Position numbers and translations under genes: made by a program. A model generated the notes under the pieces. That model searched no databases and was not told the origin of the DNA. It worked only from the letters and a program-made list of their open reading frames with translations. From the IMG/VR virus record IMGVR_UViG_3300025809_001850: a DNA stretch of 64,000 nucleotides; one strand, given 5' to 3'. Of the stretch, positions 41,479 to 51,167 are shown piece after piece. The DNA is from a virus. Lineage: Duplodnaviria; Caudoviricetes. The stretch's first letter is position 1; each line of letters opens with the position of its first letter.

Positions 41479-42531
41479 ATGAAATATTTGACTATTACTA
41501 ATGAAATCTCCACACCGGGTCGAAGGTATATAAAAGCAAACCACGGACATCAGCTTAAAGATTGGATTGGTGGTCTTGTAATTTCTAAATTGCTTAAGTT
41601 AGAATATGTCCACACACCCTACGAATATTTAGATTTTTTTACAACTGATCAGTATGATTTGCAAATACATGATATGAAAAATCTTGATACACTGGATTTC
41701 AGTGACTTCTTGCAAAATAAACACGGAAGACATATAAATCAAATTTGGGGTCAATACCACGGCCACTATGTAGATCAAATAAACTTGCTCAGATGTGATG
41801 AACTTAATAAAATTTCAGATAATATTGTACTAAAAATAAATAACGGATCAAAAAAATGTAAAATTAAATCTGGATTCAAAAACATGAGGGTGTATAGAAT
41901 GCAACCCTGTGTAGTAAACCAATGGTTTCGTAATAAATTTATTTCACATAATATATTGGATGAAATAATAGATGAATTGACAAATAAATTTAAAAAATAT
42001 CATAAAAACTACAAAAGTTATTATGACACGGATAAAGTAAATGTTGCTGTTCATATTGGGCGTGGGGTTGACTATAATGATGAGTGGTTATTAAACCAAC
42101 CATCTTTCGTGGAACGTCATATGTTTAGTTTGAAGTATTTTGAAACCATTTTTAATCAACTTCGTGTAATTTACGGAGATAAAATTATTTTTCACATTTA
42201 TACTGAAGAAAATAATTCAGAGGAAATAGTATCTAAATTTTGTAATAAAAAAGATATAAAATTACATATTGGAAATAACAGAACTGATTTAAAATATAAT
42301 CTAGTACACGATATTTTCTATCATTTTGTAATGAGTGACATATTAATACCTTGTAATAGTGCGTTTAGTGTCGTTGCTTCTTATTACAGAAAGAACAAAA
42401 TAACTATTTATCATCCACATGAACATTTATTTGGTATGCCAAAAAAAAATGGATACATTCCAACATCGGAAGATGGAATATTTGATACTAAATTTGTTAG
42501 CAACTACACAAAGGAATGTGGTTATGGGTAA
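41479..42531 (+). CDS. Fucosyltransferase-like GT-B protein
   Basis: VAVHIGRG, FHIYTE, FYHFVMSDILIPCNSAFS; GGAGGTG SD; paralogue of 53986 (both begin KYLT). Confidence 0.65.
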   Translation: MKYLTITNEISTPGRRYIKANHGHQLKDWIGGLVISKLLKLEYVHTPYEYLDFFTTDQYDLQIHDMKNLDTLDFSDFLQNKHGRHINQIWGQYHGHYVDQINLLRCDELNKISDNIVLKINNGSKKCKIKSGFKNMRVYRMQPCVVNQWFRNKFISHNILDEIIDELTNKFKKYHKNYKSYYDTDKVNVAVHIGRGVDYNDEWLLNQPSFVERHMFSLKYFETIFNQLRVIYGDKIIFHIYTEENNSEEIVSKFCNKKDIKLHIGNNRTDLKYNLVHDIFYHFVMSDILIPCNSAFSVVASYYRKNKITIYHPHEHLFGMPKKNGYIPTSEDGIFDTKFVSNYTKECGYG

Positions 42532-43249
42532 TTTACACATCTGCTTTTGTGGTGATGAATCTGTCGTAAATAAATACACTACGGTTATTAACTCCATCCA
42601 AAAAAAGAATTCGCACCATACTATTAATATTCATTTTATCCGTCCGTTTGATTCATGTGAAGATTACGAAGAATTAAAAAAACACGTTGCTTCATTTGAC
42701 AATCTTAACTTATTTGAATATCATAAAACTTGGGAAAGTAATTATAATGGAATGGAACATATAGAAAGTTCTGCTACAATGATAAGATTGTATATTCCTG
42801 AATTACTAAATGTTGACAAAGTAATTTATTTGGACATGGATTTAATTGTAAACATGGATTTACAAACATTATACGAAATAGATTGTGAAGAACATGGAAT
42901 TGCGATGGCAAATCATATGGACACACCGAGACGTGATAGAAGAAGATTAGGTTTGGGAAAAAAATTATCGGGTAATGCAGGTGTAATGGTGCTTGATTTA
43001 AATCGTCTTCGTGAAAATGATTTTACAAACAAGTGCTTAGAATATAATAAAACACACGGAGGCAATGACCAATGTGCAATCAACTGGTATTGTCGTGGAA
43101 CACACAAAATACTTGAAGTAAAGTATAATTTATTTTACGCAGATAATGGTTATTTGATAAATACCTTAGAAGATTATATTTTCCACTGGGCAGGTCCATA
43201 TAAACCTTGGCATGATAAAATTGACAAATATGATTTTTTGTGGGAATAA
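42524..43249 (+). CDS. GT8 family glycosyltransferase
   Basis: MIRLYIPELL, KVIYLDMDLIV, NAGVMVLDL, NDQ, FHWAGPYKPW. Start moved from 42419 to ATG 42524. Confidence 0.85.
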   Translation: MGNLHICFCGDESVVNKYTTVINSIQKKNSHHTINIHFIRPFDSCEDYEELKKHVASFDNLNLFEYHKTWESNYNGMEHIESSATMIRLYIPELLNVDKVIYLDMDLIVNMDLQTLYEIDCEEHGIAMANHMDTPRRDRRRLGLGKKLSGNAGVMVLDLNRLRENDFTNKCLEYNKTHGGNDQCAINWYCRGTHKILEVKYNLFYADNGYLINTLEDYIFHWAGPYKPWHDKIDKYDFLWE

Positions 43250-43271
43250 ATTATAAAAATAAATATTTATA
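43250..43271 (+). promoter_or_regulatory. ATTATAAAAA plus TATTTATA elements before the SGNH gene
   Basis: Both motifs present, followed by an AGGAG SD. Confidence 0.5.
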
Positions 43272-43286
43272 AAAAAGGAGAATTTT

Positions 43287-43907
43287 ATGAGTGATAAAAA
43301 TGAAAATATGGTATTGATTATTGGTGATTCAATTGCAAGGCATTACTATCCGTTTGCCGAAGAACATCTTAAAAATAAAAACGTAGAAGCAGTAACATCA
43401 GTAAAATGGGTGTCGTGCCAATGGAAGCAACTGAGATTTCTTGAAAAAAATTGCAAACCAAAACGTCGTGGGTGTGATATTCCGGCTGCTTATTGTCATT
43501 TTAATTTTGGATTGCATAGTATTAAACTTCCAAGCAAGGGACATGATCCAGAACATCAACGTGCAAAACCTGAAGAATTTGAAATTTATGAAAAAGAGTT
43601 GGTAGAGCAAATTGAAACTTTGTGGAGTTATTCAATAAAACCATTATTTTCAAATACTACACCAAATCCAAAAAATGCCGCCACTCGCAATGATGCGGAT
43701 GTTGCGATACTCAATGAGATTGCTAAAAAGGTATGTAACGAAAAGGGTATACCACACAATGATTTATATTCATTCGTAAAATCTCAAGAAGATTATCCAA
43801 GATTGTATTTACATCCACGTGCAGAAAATAATTGTCACTTTGATACACACGGAAGAAACATTATTGGTGAAAACATTGCGGAATTTATATTGGATAACAT
43901 GGAGTAA
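43287..43907 (+). CDS. SGNH/GDSL hydrolase (possible acetylesterase)
   Basis: IIGDSIA block I, HFNFGLH block III, N..HF block V; AGGAG SD. Confidence 0.8.
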   Translation: MSDKNENMVLIIGDSIARHYYPFAEEHLKNKNVEAVTSVKWVSCQWKQLRFLEKNCKPKRRGCDIPAAYCHFNFGLHSIKLPSKGHDPEHQRAKPEEFEIYEKELVEQIETLWSYSIKPLFSNTTPNPKNAATRNDADVAILNEIAKKVCNEKGIPHNDLYSFVKSQEDYPRLYLHPRAENNCHFDTHGRNIIGENIAEFILDNME

Positions 43908-43911
43908 TTTC

Positions 43912-44592
43912 TTGGAAAAGAAAATTATATTTGTAGGTTTTAATAAAACTGCAACGACAAGTATTCATTCTACACTTAAACAAAATGGTATAGATAGCAA
44001 GCACCGTGCGGGTGTTTGGCGTTTCAAGAACCGATACAATAAACTGAAACAAGTTGTGACAAGAAGAGATGCCGTGAGTGACTGGGGTGACACTCATGTT
44101 TCAATTGAAGTTCTTTTGAGATTAAATTCTGACTTTGACAATTTATTGTTTGTGTTGAATACACGGAATTTAGAAAACTGGATCAAGTCAAGATTTAAGC
44201 ATTATTATTTTAATAAGTCGTGGGATTTTGATAATAGAGAAGTCGGTCTTGATGATATATGTTTAGAAAATGCTCAAAAATTTATACGTCACCGCAATGA
44301 GTTTTATCTTAAATGTTGTGAGTCGTTTGATAAAAATAATTTCATTCTACTTGATATTGATAAAGATAATTTTTATGACCACATATCTTCCAAAATCAAT
44401 TTAAAATTAAATAAGATAGATTCTAGGAAAAATGTAAGACCCATATCAAAACTTGATCAAAATTTTAGTGAAAAATACAATAAAGTTAAAAATGAACTGT
44501 TGGAACACTACAATGAAGTAACATTAAATAATGTGCTTACTACAAACGACTGCACCAATCAAAAACTAATGCAGTTTGAAAATAATATATAA
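43912..44592 (+). CDS. Sulfotransferase-like protein
   Basis: IFVGFNKTATTSI, FVLNTR..E.WIKS, HRN. TTG start at 43912 after GGAG preferred to the 43819 start. Confidence 0.65.
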   Translation: MEKKIIFVGFNKTATTSIHSTLKQNGIDSKHRAGVWRFKNRYNKLKQVVTRRDAVSDWGDTHVSIEVLLRLNSDFDNLLFVLNTRNLENWIKSRFKHYYFNKSWDFDNREVGLDDICLENAQKFIRHRNEFYLKCCESFDKNNFILLDIDKDNFYDHISSKINLKLNKIDSRKNVRPISKLDQNFSEKYNKVKNELLEHYNEVTLNNVLTTNDCTNQKLMQFENNI

Positions 44593-45276
44593 ATGAAACA
44601 GAATTTAATAAATGATTTGATTGATAAATTTGTATTGCTTAAAACAAATAGTGATTATCGTGTGTACGATTTGGTAACTCGGTACGGTGCCAGGTGGAGA
44701 GAAAGTAAACACGAAATAAAAACAAATCCAATTTATTCAGATACAATATTATTTAAGTATTTTAAAAGACGGGGTAAACGTGGCAAACTTGATATAAATT
44801 TATTATTGAATACAATAATAGAACATAGAGATGAAAAAAAATATAAAATACCAAATGAAGACGAGTTGGTATTTCACTTGAGATTGGGTGATCATGCGTA
44901 TCATAATAACTTTTTATCCAAAGATTATGTTGGTTTAATAAAAAACATAGTAAAAGATAATAATATAAGAAAAATAACCTTTGTCGGAGCATTTGCTTAT
45001 CAGGTGTGGTCAGAAGATACAATGAACATTAAACCTAAAGATTGTCCTACTTGGGAGTACACCGATGAAATACAACAAAGAAACATAAATGGATTAAGAC
45101 GGGTATTTGGGGATATTTTAGACAATTTTGATTTACCGATTGAAATATATTCAAATTTAGATATTGATAAAGATATATGCTATTGTGTATCTGCGAAGCA
45201 TTTTATATGTGATGTTGGAAATTTAGGAGGTTTGATGAAAAAACTAGGGATTTTAAATCAGGAAAATACAAAGTGA
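44593..45276 (+). CDS. Fucosyltransferase-like GT-B hypothetical protein
   Basis: DYRVYD, ELVFHLRLGD, D.DICY..SAKHFI..GNLG. Confidence 0.55.
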   Translation: MKQNLINDLIDKFVLLKTNSDYRVYDLVTRYGARWRESKHEIKTNPIYSDTILFKYFKRRGKRGKLDINLLLNTIIEHRDEKKYKIPNEDELVFHLRLGDHAYHNNFLSKDYVGLIKNIVKDNNIRKITFVGAFAYQVWSEDTMNIKPKDCPTWEYTDEIQQRNINGLRRVFGDILDNFDLPIEIYSNLDIDKDICYCVSAKHFICDVGNLGGLMKKLGILNQENTK

Positions 45277-46598
45277 GCAATCAGAATCCATTTGATTATT
45301 TCGATAAAATAGTTTGCATTTGTGCTAAGACAGAGTCAACACGATGGAACTCCATTCAAAGTGTTTTTGAAAAACTAAATATTAAAAAAAGAGTTGAAAG
45401 GTTTGACGAAGTAATAGATTCCGATAAATTAAAAAACGAATTCAACTCCGATGAATTTAGTAAAACTGATTATTGTCATTACAAAATAATTGAAACTGCT
45501 AAAAAAGAAAAATTAAATAACATTTTTATATTTGAAAGTGATGTTGAAATAAATGAAGATTTAGTGGATATAGAACTTTCTATTTCTCAGTTAGAAAACG
45601 TAGATTGGTCTTTATTTTTTCTAGGAGGAGTTCCACATAATGTTTTAAATGTGCATACTGAACATTTATTAAATGGAACAATGTGCCAGGCACATTCATA
45701 TGCGGTTAACGGGAAATATTTTGATGATGTTTTGAATAAATTATTATCAGAGAAAGTTGCAATAGACCAAGTATATAAACGAGATCAAAAAAATGAAATA
45801 GGTGAAAAGTCTTATTTCTCAGGCAAATGTTTTTTCGTACAAAAATTAGACGAAGATATTCCGAGAGCAGAACTTCCTCATAGAAAACTAATATCTGAGT
45901 TTAAGTACAATTCTATCGTCAAAGATGTAATTGATTTATATAATAAAAATATAGCATGGGTAGTTAGTGATACCGGTAAAGGAAAACTTCATAGAATGAT
46001 TCGTAGTAATTTTGTAGAATCATTAAAACGAAATAAAATAAATACTACTCCTGCTTTTGTAAGAATTAAAGATTTACCAGAGAATTATGGAAAACGAAAG
46101 TTTACAATGATACGAGACGAACTTTCACAAAATAAAATTTGCTTTTTTTCAGATACAAAGGTAGTGTTTTTAAAAAACTGCTTAGATGAATTGTTTTCTT
46201 ATTTGAATGAATATGATTTAATAATTATGGCAGATGGTGGTCATTTACCTGCATATGAATTTGAAAAAAATATTTTAAATTTTAATGTATGCATAGCAAA
46301 ACCCACAGATTATATAAAATCATTGTTTTGGCCAAGAGGTTATGGTGAACCGGTTTTAAATGATTTACGTGAAGATGTATCTATTTTTAATGACAAGTTA
46401 AACTATAAAAAGAAATTTACACATAATACTAAAATAAAAATTTTAGATTCATCTGAGTATTGTATGCTAGATTCATATAATGCAAGTGGTGATGAAAAAA
46501 TAATTAACTTTGCAACAGAAGATTTGTTTGATAAGCATCCACGTACTATCATAAAATCATTTAAGCAAGCAAACTGTTGGTTTATCGAGGATGAATGA
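45273..46598 (+). CDS. Two-domain glycosyltransferase: GT25-like N-half fused to GT77-like C-half
   Basis: NPFDYFDKIVCI...IFIFESD..WSLFFLGG..AHSYAVN, followed by FFSDTKVVFLKN..YDLII..FNVCIAK..IINFA. GTGA overlap. Confidence 0.7.
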   Translation: MSNQNPFDYFDKIVCICAKTESTRWNSIQSVFEKLNIKKRVERFDEVIDSDKLKNEFNSDEFSKTDYCHYKIIETAKKEKLNNIFIFESDVEINEDLVDIELSISQLENVDWSLFFLGGVPHNVLNVHTEHLLNGTMCQAHSYAVNGKYFDDVLNKLLSEKVAIDQVYKRDQKNEIGEKSYFSGKCFFVQKLDEDIPRAELPHRKLISEFKYNSIVKDVIDLYNKNIAWVVSDTGKGKLHRMIRSNFVESLKRNKINTTPAFVRIKDLPENYGKRKFTMIRDELSQNKICFFSDTKVVFLKNCLDELFSYLNEYDLIIMADGGHLPAYEFEKNILNFNVCIAKPTDYIKSLFWPRGYGEPVLNDLREDVSIFNDKLNYKKKFTHNTKIKILDSSEYCMLDSYNASGDEKIINFATEDLFDKHPRTIIKSFKQANCWFIEDE

Positions 46599-47298
46599 TT
46601 TTAAAATAATTTCATTTTGTAGTTTTGATTACATTGAAGTTGCAAAGAACTGGGTACAGTATCTATCCAACTATAATATTGAAAATTATGTAATAGTAGC
46701 AATGGACACAGAAACCTACAATCATCTACTAGAGCAAGAAATTAATACAAAACTTGTACATGGAGAAATACTAAAACGGTCGGGAACTGGATGGAAGTTT
46801 CGTTTTCAAACAATGTATGAAATGCTAAAAGATGGAAATATCCTTCATTGTGACTTGGATGCCATTTGGTTAAAAGATGCTCGTAATTTACTTGATGATG
46901 AACATGATATAATTGCATCAAAAGATGACGGTGGGTGGCCACCAAAAGCATACGAACATTTAAATTTCACGATGTGCATGGGTTGGATATTTTTCAGAAG
47001 CAATGATAATGTTAAGAATATATTTGAAAAAATTCTTCAAAAAGAATCTGACTTTGATGATCAGCAAGAATTTAATGAGTATATTGTTGATAATTTAAAA
47101 AGTAACAATATTTATTATAAAAATGAAAACGAGAGAATTTTAAAGGTTGATGATGTAAAAATACGTGTTTTAAATGAAACGGATGTATTTCGTGGAAATT
47201 ACAACGAAGCATCTTATGTTTGTCATCCGTTAATAAAAAAACAAGCAAATAAACAAGTTCAACTGAAAAAGAGAGGACTTTGGTACAATGAGAAATAG
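46591..47298 (+). CDS. GT77-like nucleotide-diphospho-sugar transferase
   Basis: VAKNWV, ILHCDLDAIWLKD, MCMGWIFFRS, DDQQEFN, VCHP. Confidence 0.8.
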   Translation: MNDFKIISFCSFDYIEVAKNWVQYLSNYNIENYVIVAMDTETYNHLLEQEINTKLVHGEILKRSGTGWKFRFQTMYEMLKDGNILHCDLDAIWLKDARNLLDDEHDIIASKDDGGWPPKAYEHLNFTMCMGWIFFRSNDNVKNIFEKILQKESDFDDQQEFNEYIVDNLKSNNIYYKNENERILKVDDVKIRVLNETDVFRGNYNEASYVCHPLIKKQANKQVQLKKRGLWYNEK

Positions 47299-48043
47299 AA
47301 AAAATAAAAAAGATGTAGATTGTGAAATACTAATTGCTATTAATAGTTGCGAAAAAGATCGTGAGCATTTAGAAAAACTTAAATCATCAGAATTTTATGC
47401 AGAACTTGAAAGAAATCCTGATATTGGTATATTTGAGTTTTATCGTGGAAGTGATGAAGTTAAATTTGAAAATCAACAACTTCATTTAACAGGTGAAGAG
47501 CGATATGATAAACTTCATGTAAAAACTTATGATATGATAAAATGGGCAACAAGTAATTTAAGTTTTAATCGTTTGGTGAAACTTGATTGTAATTTTATGT
47601 CTTATAGCCATGTTGGTGAACGCACACGAAAAAAAATATGTGGACTTGATCGTGTAAATCGTGCAATTTTTAAACAAAAATTTGCATCATACTTAGGGTC
47701 AAATGGTCGTGAATTTTTGTTAAGAGATTTTCGTGCATGGTCAAAACAAAAAGGAATTGTGACGCAACTCGATGAACCAACATGGTTGACTGATGGAATT
47801 TGGTATTTTTGCGGAAAGTGCTATCGTGTTAGCTATGAGTTTGCAAAGTTTATCGCAGAGCAAGACGTATGTGTTGAAATGTTAAAACAGCATGATGTTA
47901 AAAATATTCTTGGCCATCATCCGTTCGCAATTGAGGATGTAATGATTGGCAGAATGCACAGTGCATATGAAGAGCATATTAAAGCACTCACAGAACTCGA
48001 AGAAAATTCTGCCGATGAAACAATACATAATAACAGAACGTGA
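47288..48043 (+). CDS. GT31-like glycosyltransferase
   Basis: LIAINSC, YDKLHVKTYDMIKWA, LVKLD, YFCGKCYRVS, EDVMIG. Confidence 0.6.
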   Translation: MRNRKNKKDVDCEILIAINSCEKDREHLEKLKSSEFYAELERNPDIGIFEFYRGSDEVKFENQQLHLTGEERYDKLHVKTYDMIKWATSNLSFNRLVKLDCNFMSYSHVGERTRKKICGLDRVNRAIFKQKFASYLGSNGREFLLRDFRAWSKQKGIVTQLDEPTWLTDGIWYFCGKCYRVSYEFAKFIAEQDVCVEMLKQHDVKNILGHHPFAIEDVMIGRMHSAYEEHIKALTELEENSADETIHNNRT

Positions 48044-49016
48044 CGTAGGCCTTGCAAGTTTATTCTTTCAGGTCATCAACGCACTAAATCGTTGTGAAAA
48101 AGAAGAACTTGGAACACCAATCGTTTACTTTAAGAATCAATGTGTTTATTATAATCAAGAAGGTCATCAAAACAAAGACAATGTTTGGGAATATTATTTT
48201 CGTCCTGTTGTAGAAACTGCGGATACTTCGTGCATATCAGAACAAAATAAATTGGAAATTGAAAATGCTTATCTAAATACAGAACCCAAGAAACTAAATA
48301 ATAGTCGTTTCGTTAAGTTGAGTAATCGTAACAAAATGTGTTGTCATTACGGAGATAGAAAACTGGGACACACTATGATTGTTCCTCCACATTTGATTCC
48401 AGAAGTTTATGAAGATGGTCATCGTGAAAAAGCAAATGCAATCATCAACAAATACTTCAAACTTAGAATGTATCTTAACAATAAAATCAACGACTTTTTC
48501 GCAGAAAATTTAGCAGACGCAAAAAAGGTTCTTGGTGTTCATATTCGTGGAACAGATGCACTTGTAAATAATGCGGAAAGATGGAGAAAGACCTTCGATA
48601 TTCAGAATTATATTAACTGCATACGAATATTTATAGACAAGTATGGAGATGAAGGAAAAGTGTTTGTTGCAAGTGATGATGCGAAGTTGTTTAACATCGT
48701 TAAAAACGAATTTAATGATGCTATCGTTGAATATGATACATTTCGTCAAGAAGAGAATGATGTTGGCAAAAGTGGTGATAATACAAAGGGTAATGCTATG
48801 ATGCCAACATATTTATGCGATGACGGAGCAAAAGCAGCTCAAAACGGAGAAGATGCAATTGCTGAAATGTATTTACTAAGCAAGTGCGATTATTTGCTTC
48901 ACAACGCAAGTGGATTTGCTCATGTTGCTTTGTTATTGAATTCAGAAATGAAACACACAGATAGTCAGAGACCGGGTGGCAAAGAAACTTTGAATAAATT
49001 TGAAGAAATTGTATAA
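48015..49016 (+). CDS. NodZ/alpha-1,6-fucosyltransferase-like GT-B glycosyltransferase
   Basis: GLASLFFQV, NVWEYYF.P, LGVHIRGTD, VFVASDD, EMYLLSKCDYL..ASG. Start moved to ATG 48015. Confidence 0.75.
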   Translation: MKQYIITERDVGLASLFFQVINALNRCEKEELGTPIVYFKNQCVYYNQEGHQNKDNVWEYYFRPVVETADTSCISEQNKLEIENAYLNTEPKKLNNSRFVKLSNRNKMCCHYGDRKLGHTMIVPPHLIPEVYEDGHREKANAIINKYFKLRMYLNNKINDFFAENLADAKKVLGVHIRGTDALVNNAERWRKTFDIQNYINCIRIFIDKYGDEGKVFVASDDAKLFNIVKNEFNDAIVEYDTFRQEENDVGKSGDNTKGNAMMPTYLCDDGAKAAQNGEDAIAEMYLLSKCDYLLHNASGFAHVALLLNSEMKHTDSQRPGGKETLNKFEEIV

Positions 49017-49786
49017 TGAAAATTGATGTAATAATAGGACACTCAAATACACACGATTCCCGTGATAGGAATCTTAAGTTTATTGTTGCACGATATCAAA
49101 AATTGCTTCCAAGTGCAAAAATAACAATCGTTGAACAAAACACCGAATCGGATTTGTCGGACATCGGAGGAGATGTATCAATTAGACATATATTTAGAAA
49201 AACTCCAGAACCATTTGATTATAGTCGTGGGTATGGATTCAACGAAGGAGCAAAAGTAACTGATGGAGATTATCTTATATTCTCAGACAATGACATTATG
49301 TTGCATGAAGATTTGCTGAAGAATTTTGAGAAACTTGTAAATGGATACGACTTTTTTGTTCCTTCGCAAAAATTTCTTAACATTTCACGTGACGGAACAA
49401 AGAAGGTAATTGCAGGTGACAACCTTGATGAATCTTGGTTGGGAAGAAATCGTCCAAGGGTTGCCGACAATGGTGCAGGGGGAGTCTGTATAATGTCTAG
49501 AAAAGGTTTTTACAAAGTATACGGATGGGAACCGTCAATTGGTTCTTGGTGTCCTGAAGACGAGTTAATGCGAAGCAAAGTAGATACATTTGATTTAAAG
49601 ATAGGAAGATCACCTTACGATATGTATCATCTTGATCACGATACCAAGGCACATAGAAGACTTGCACGAATTAACGACAAAAAACAATGGAAGGGAATGG
49701 TAGAGAGAATATCAGTATTCAAGCAAATGAGCAAACAACAACTTTTAGAACATTATAAGAAAATCGGGGAGACGCATTGTAGATGA
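49016..49786 (+). CDS. GT2/GT7-like galactosyltransferase-family protein
   Basis: SRGYGFNEGAK, YLIFSDNDIM, GGVCIMSRKGF.KV.GW....SWCPED, MYHLDH. Confidence 0.75.
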   Translation: MKIDVIIGHSNTHDSRDRNLKFIVARYQKLLPSAKITIVEQNTESDLSDIGGDVSIRHIFRKTPEPFDYSRGYGFNEGAKVTDGDYLIFSDNDIMLHEDLLKNFEKLVNGYDFFVPSQKFLNISRDGTKKVIAGDNLDESWLGRNRPRVADNGAGGVCIMSRKGFYKVYGWEPSIGSWCPEDELMRSKVDTFDLKIGRSPYDMYHLDHDTKAHRRLARINDKKQWKGMVERISVFKQMSKQQLLEHYKKIGETHCR

Positions 49787-50433
49787 AAAATCCATTTAAT
49801 TATTTTGATAAAATAGAAATTATAGCAGAATCTAAACAAGATTACGATATACTTGTTGAAAAATTAAAATTAGATCAAAAAATTTATTTTAGATCACGGA
49901 GTCACAGTGAGAGTGAGACTGATTGTAAAAAAATCATGGAAATACAAAATTGGAATGGTAGACTTGATAGGAGATTTCCTGAGAATTGGTCACTTGGAAG
50001 ATGTCACGACCATGTGAATATATTAAAAGAAGCAAAAAGTGAAAATAGAAGCAATGTATTGGTATTTCAAGTACCGGGATGTGATAATATTGTTGAAAAC
50101 TATAAAGATATTGTAAATTGTGCATTTAACGATTTAAAAAAGATTGAATGGGACATTTTATATCTAGGATGGCATAACCCACATGGTATCAAAAAACTTA
50201 CAAAAAAACATTCTGAATGTTTATTTGAAACATTTCCACATAATAGGTGTGGGGTTGGGGGAAACTATGCGATTTGTTATAATTCAAGTTGCTTTGATAT
50301 TTTAATTGATAAAATAAATCCTTTTAACAGACATCTACACGGTCCGAGAGGATATCTTGATAGATTTTATCGCAAGTCTCCATATTTCAAAAGATTTATG
50401 TTACCAAAAAATACAATGTACAGAAATAAATGA
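49783..50433 (+). CDS. Divergent GT25-like protein
   Basis: NPFNYFDKI, GRCHDH, WDILYLG, YAIC, LD.FY; the acidic EDD motif is replaced by FQVPG. Confidence 0.55.
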   Translation: MKNPFNYFDKIEIIAESKQDYDILVEKLKLDQKIYFRSRSHSESETDCKKIMEIQNWNGRLDRRFPENWSLGRCHDHVNILKEAKSENRSNVLVFQVPGCDNIVENYKDIVNCAFNDLKKIEWDILYLGWHNPHGIKKLTKKHSECLFETFPHNRCGVGGNYAICYNSSCFDILIDKINPFNRHLHGPRGYLDRFYRKSPYFKRFMLPKNTMYRNK

Positions 50434-51167
50434 AAATGAATATATTTGATACAGAATGGAATGTTGCATATAATATAGGAGTAAAATGTAATGCCCTCGA
50501 TGTTACTAAAACTGCGGGAGTAAGATATTTTTCAAGTCCTTGGGACAATATGGATACAGTGCGTGGATTAACTCAAACTGCCGATTTGATGGCAAGTGGA
50601 TTTGAGAATTATATGGTTGATATAAACGACTGGACAATATGGTACACAGAACGACAACGACAAATAAGACACAAAGACTATAAATGGTGTTATTATCCTC
50701 ATACGGATTTTCAATGGGTTCATAATTATACAACCGAGGAAGATTACAATAAATGGAAACGAAGTAAAGAGTGTGATTTGAATCCAATATGGAAAGGTTT
50801 TTCTGAAACATATACAAGAAGACAACAACGAATGACATCTATTTTAGAAAGTGAAAATAAAATGCTTCTATTGAGAATTGATATTGATAATCGTCAACTC
50901 AGAAAAATTAGAAATGCAAATAAAACATACCACCTAAACAAATTTATGGAAACTATGACGAAGGCATATCCAAATAAAAATTGGGGATTTCTATATTTGT
51001 ACTGCGATGAAAACAGAAATTTAAGTTGTGATTATGATAATTGTCACTTGGAATGCATTCCACCCGGAAAGTCAGGATACAGAGATAACTGGGTTGTAGA
51101 TAAACTAAAAGAACTTAAACTTTTACCAAGAGACGAAATGAAACCATATGATTTTGAAGAAAAATGA
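50430..51167 (+). CDS. DUF1796-like protein
   Basis: YNIGVKC...VRYFSSPWDNMDTV.GLT.TADLM.SGF; clear paralogue of 28715. Confidence 0.65.
   Translation: MKMNIFDTEWNVAYNIGVKCNALDVTKTAGVRYFSSPWDNMDTVRGLTQTADLMASGFENYMVDINDWTIWYTERQRQIRHKDYKWCYYPHTDFQWVHNYTTEEDYNKWKRSKECDLNPIWKGFSETYTRRQQRMTSILESENKMLLLRIDIDNRQLRKIRNANKTYHLNKFMETMTKAYPNKNWGFLYLYCDENRNLSCDYDNCHLECIPPGKSGYRDNWVVDKLKELKLLPRDEMKPYDFEEK

Noticed and set aside
31952-47298. Extensin-like hydroxyproline glycosylation or collagen glycosylation
   Set aside because: GT77 and PLOD-type domains suggest it, but no prolyl/lysyl hydroxylase (2OG-Fe) and no Gly-X-Y collagen repeats are in the window.
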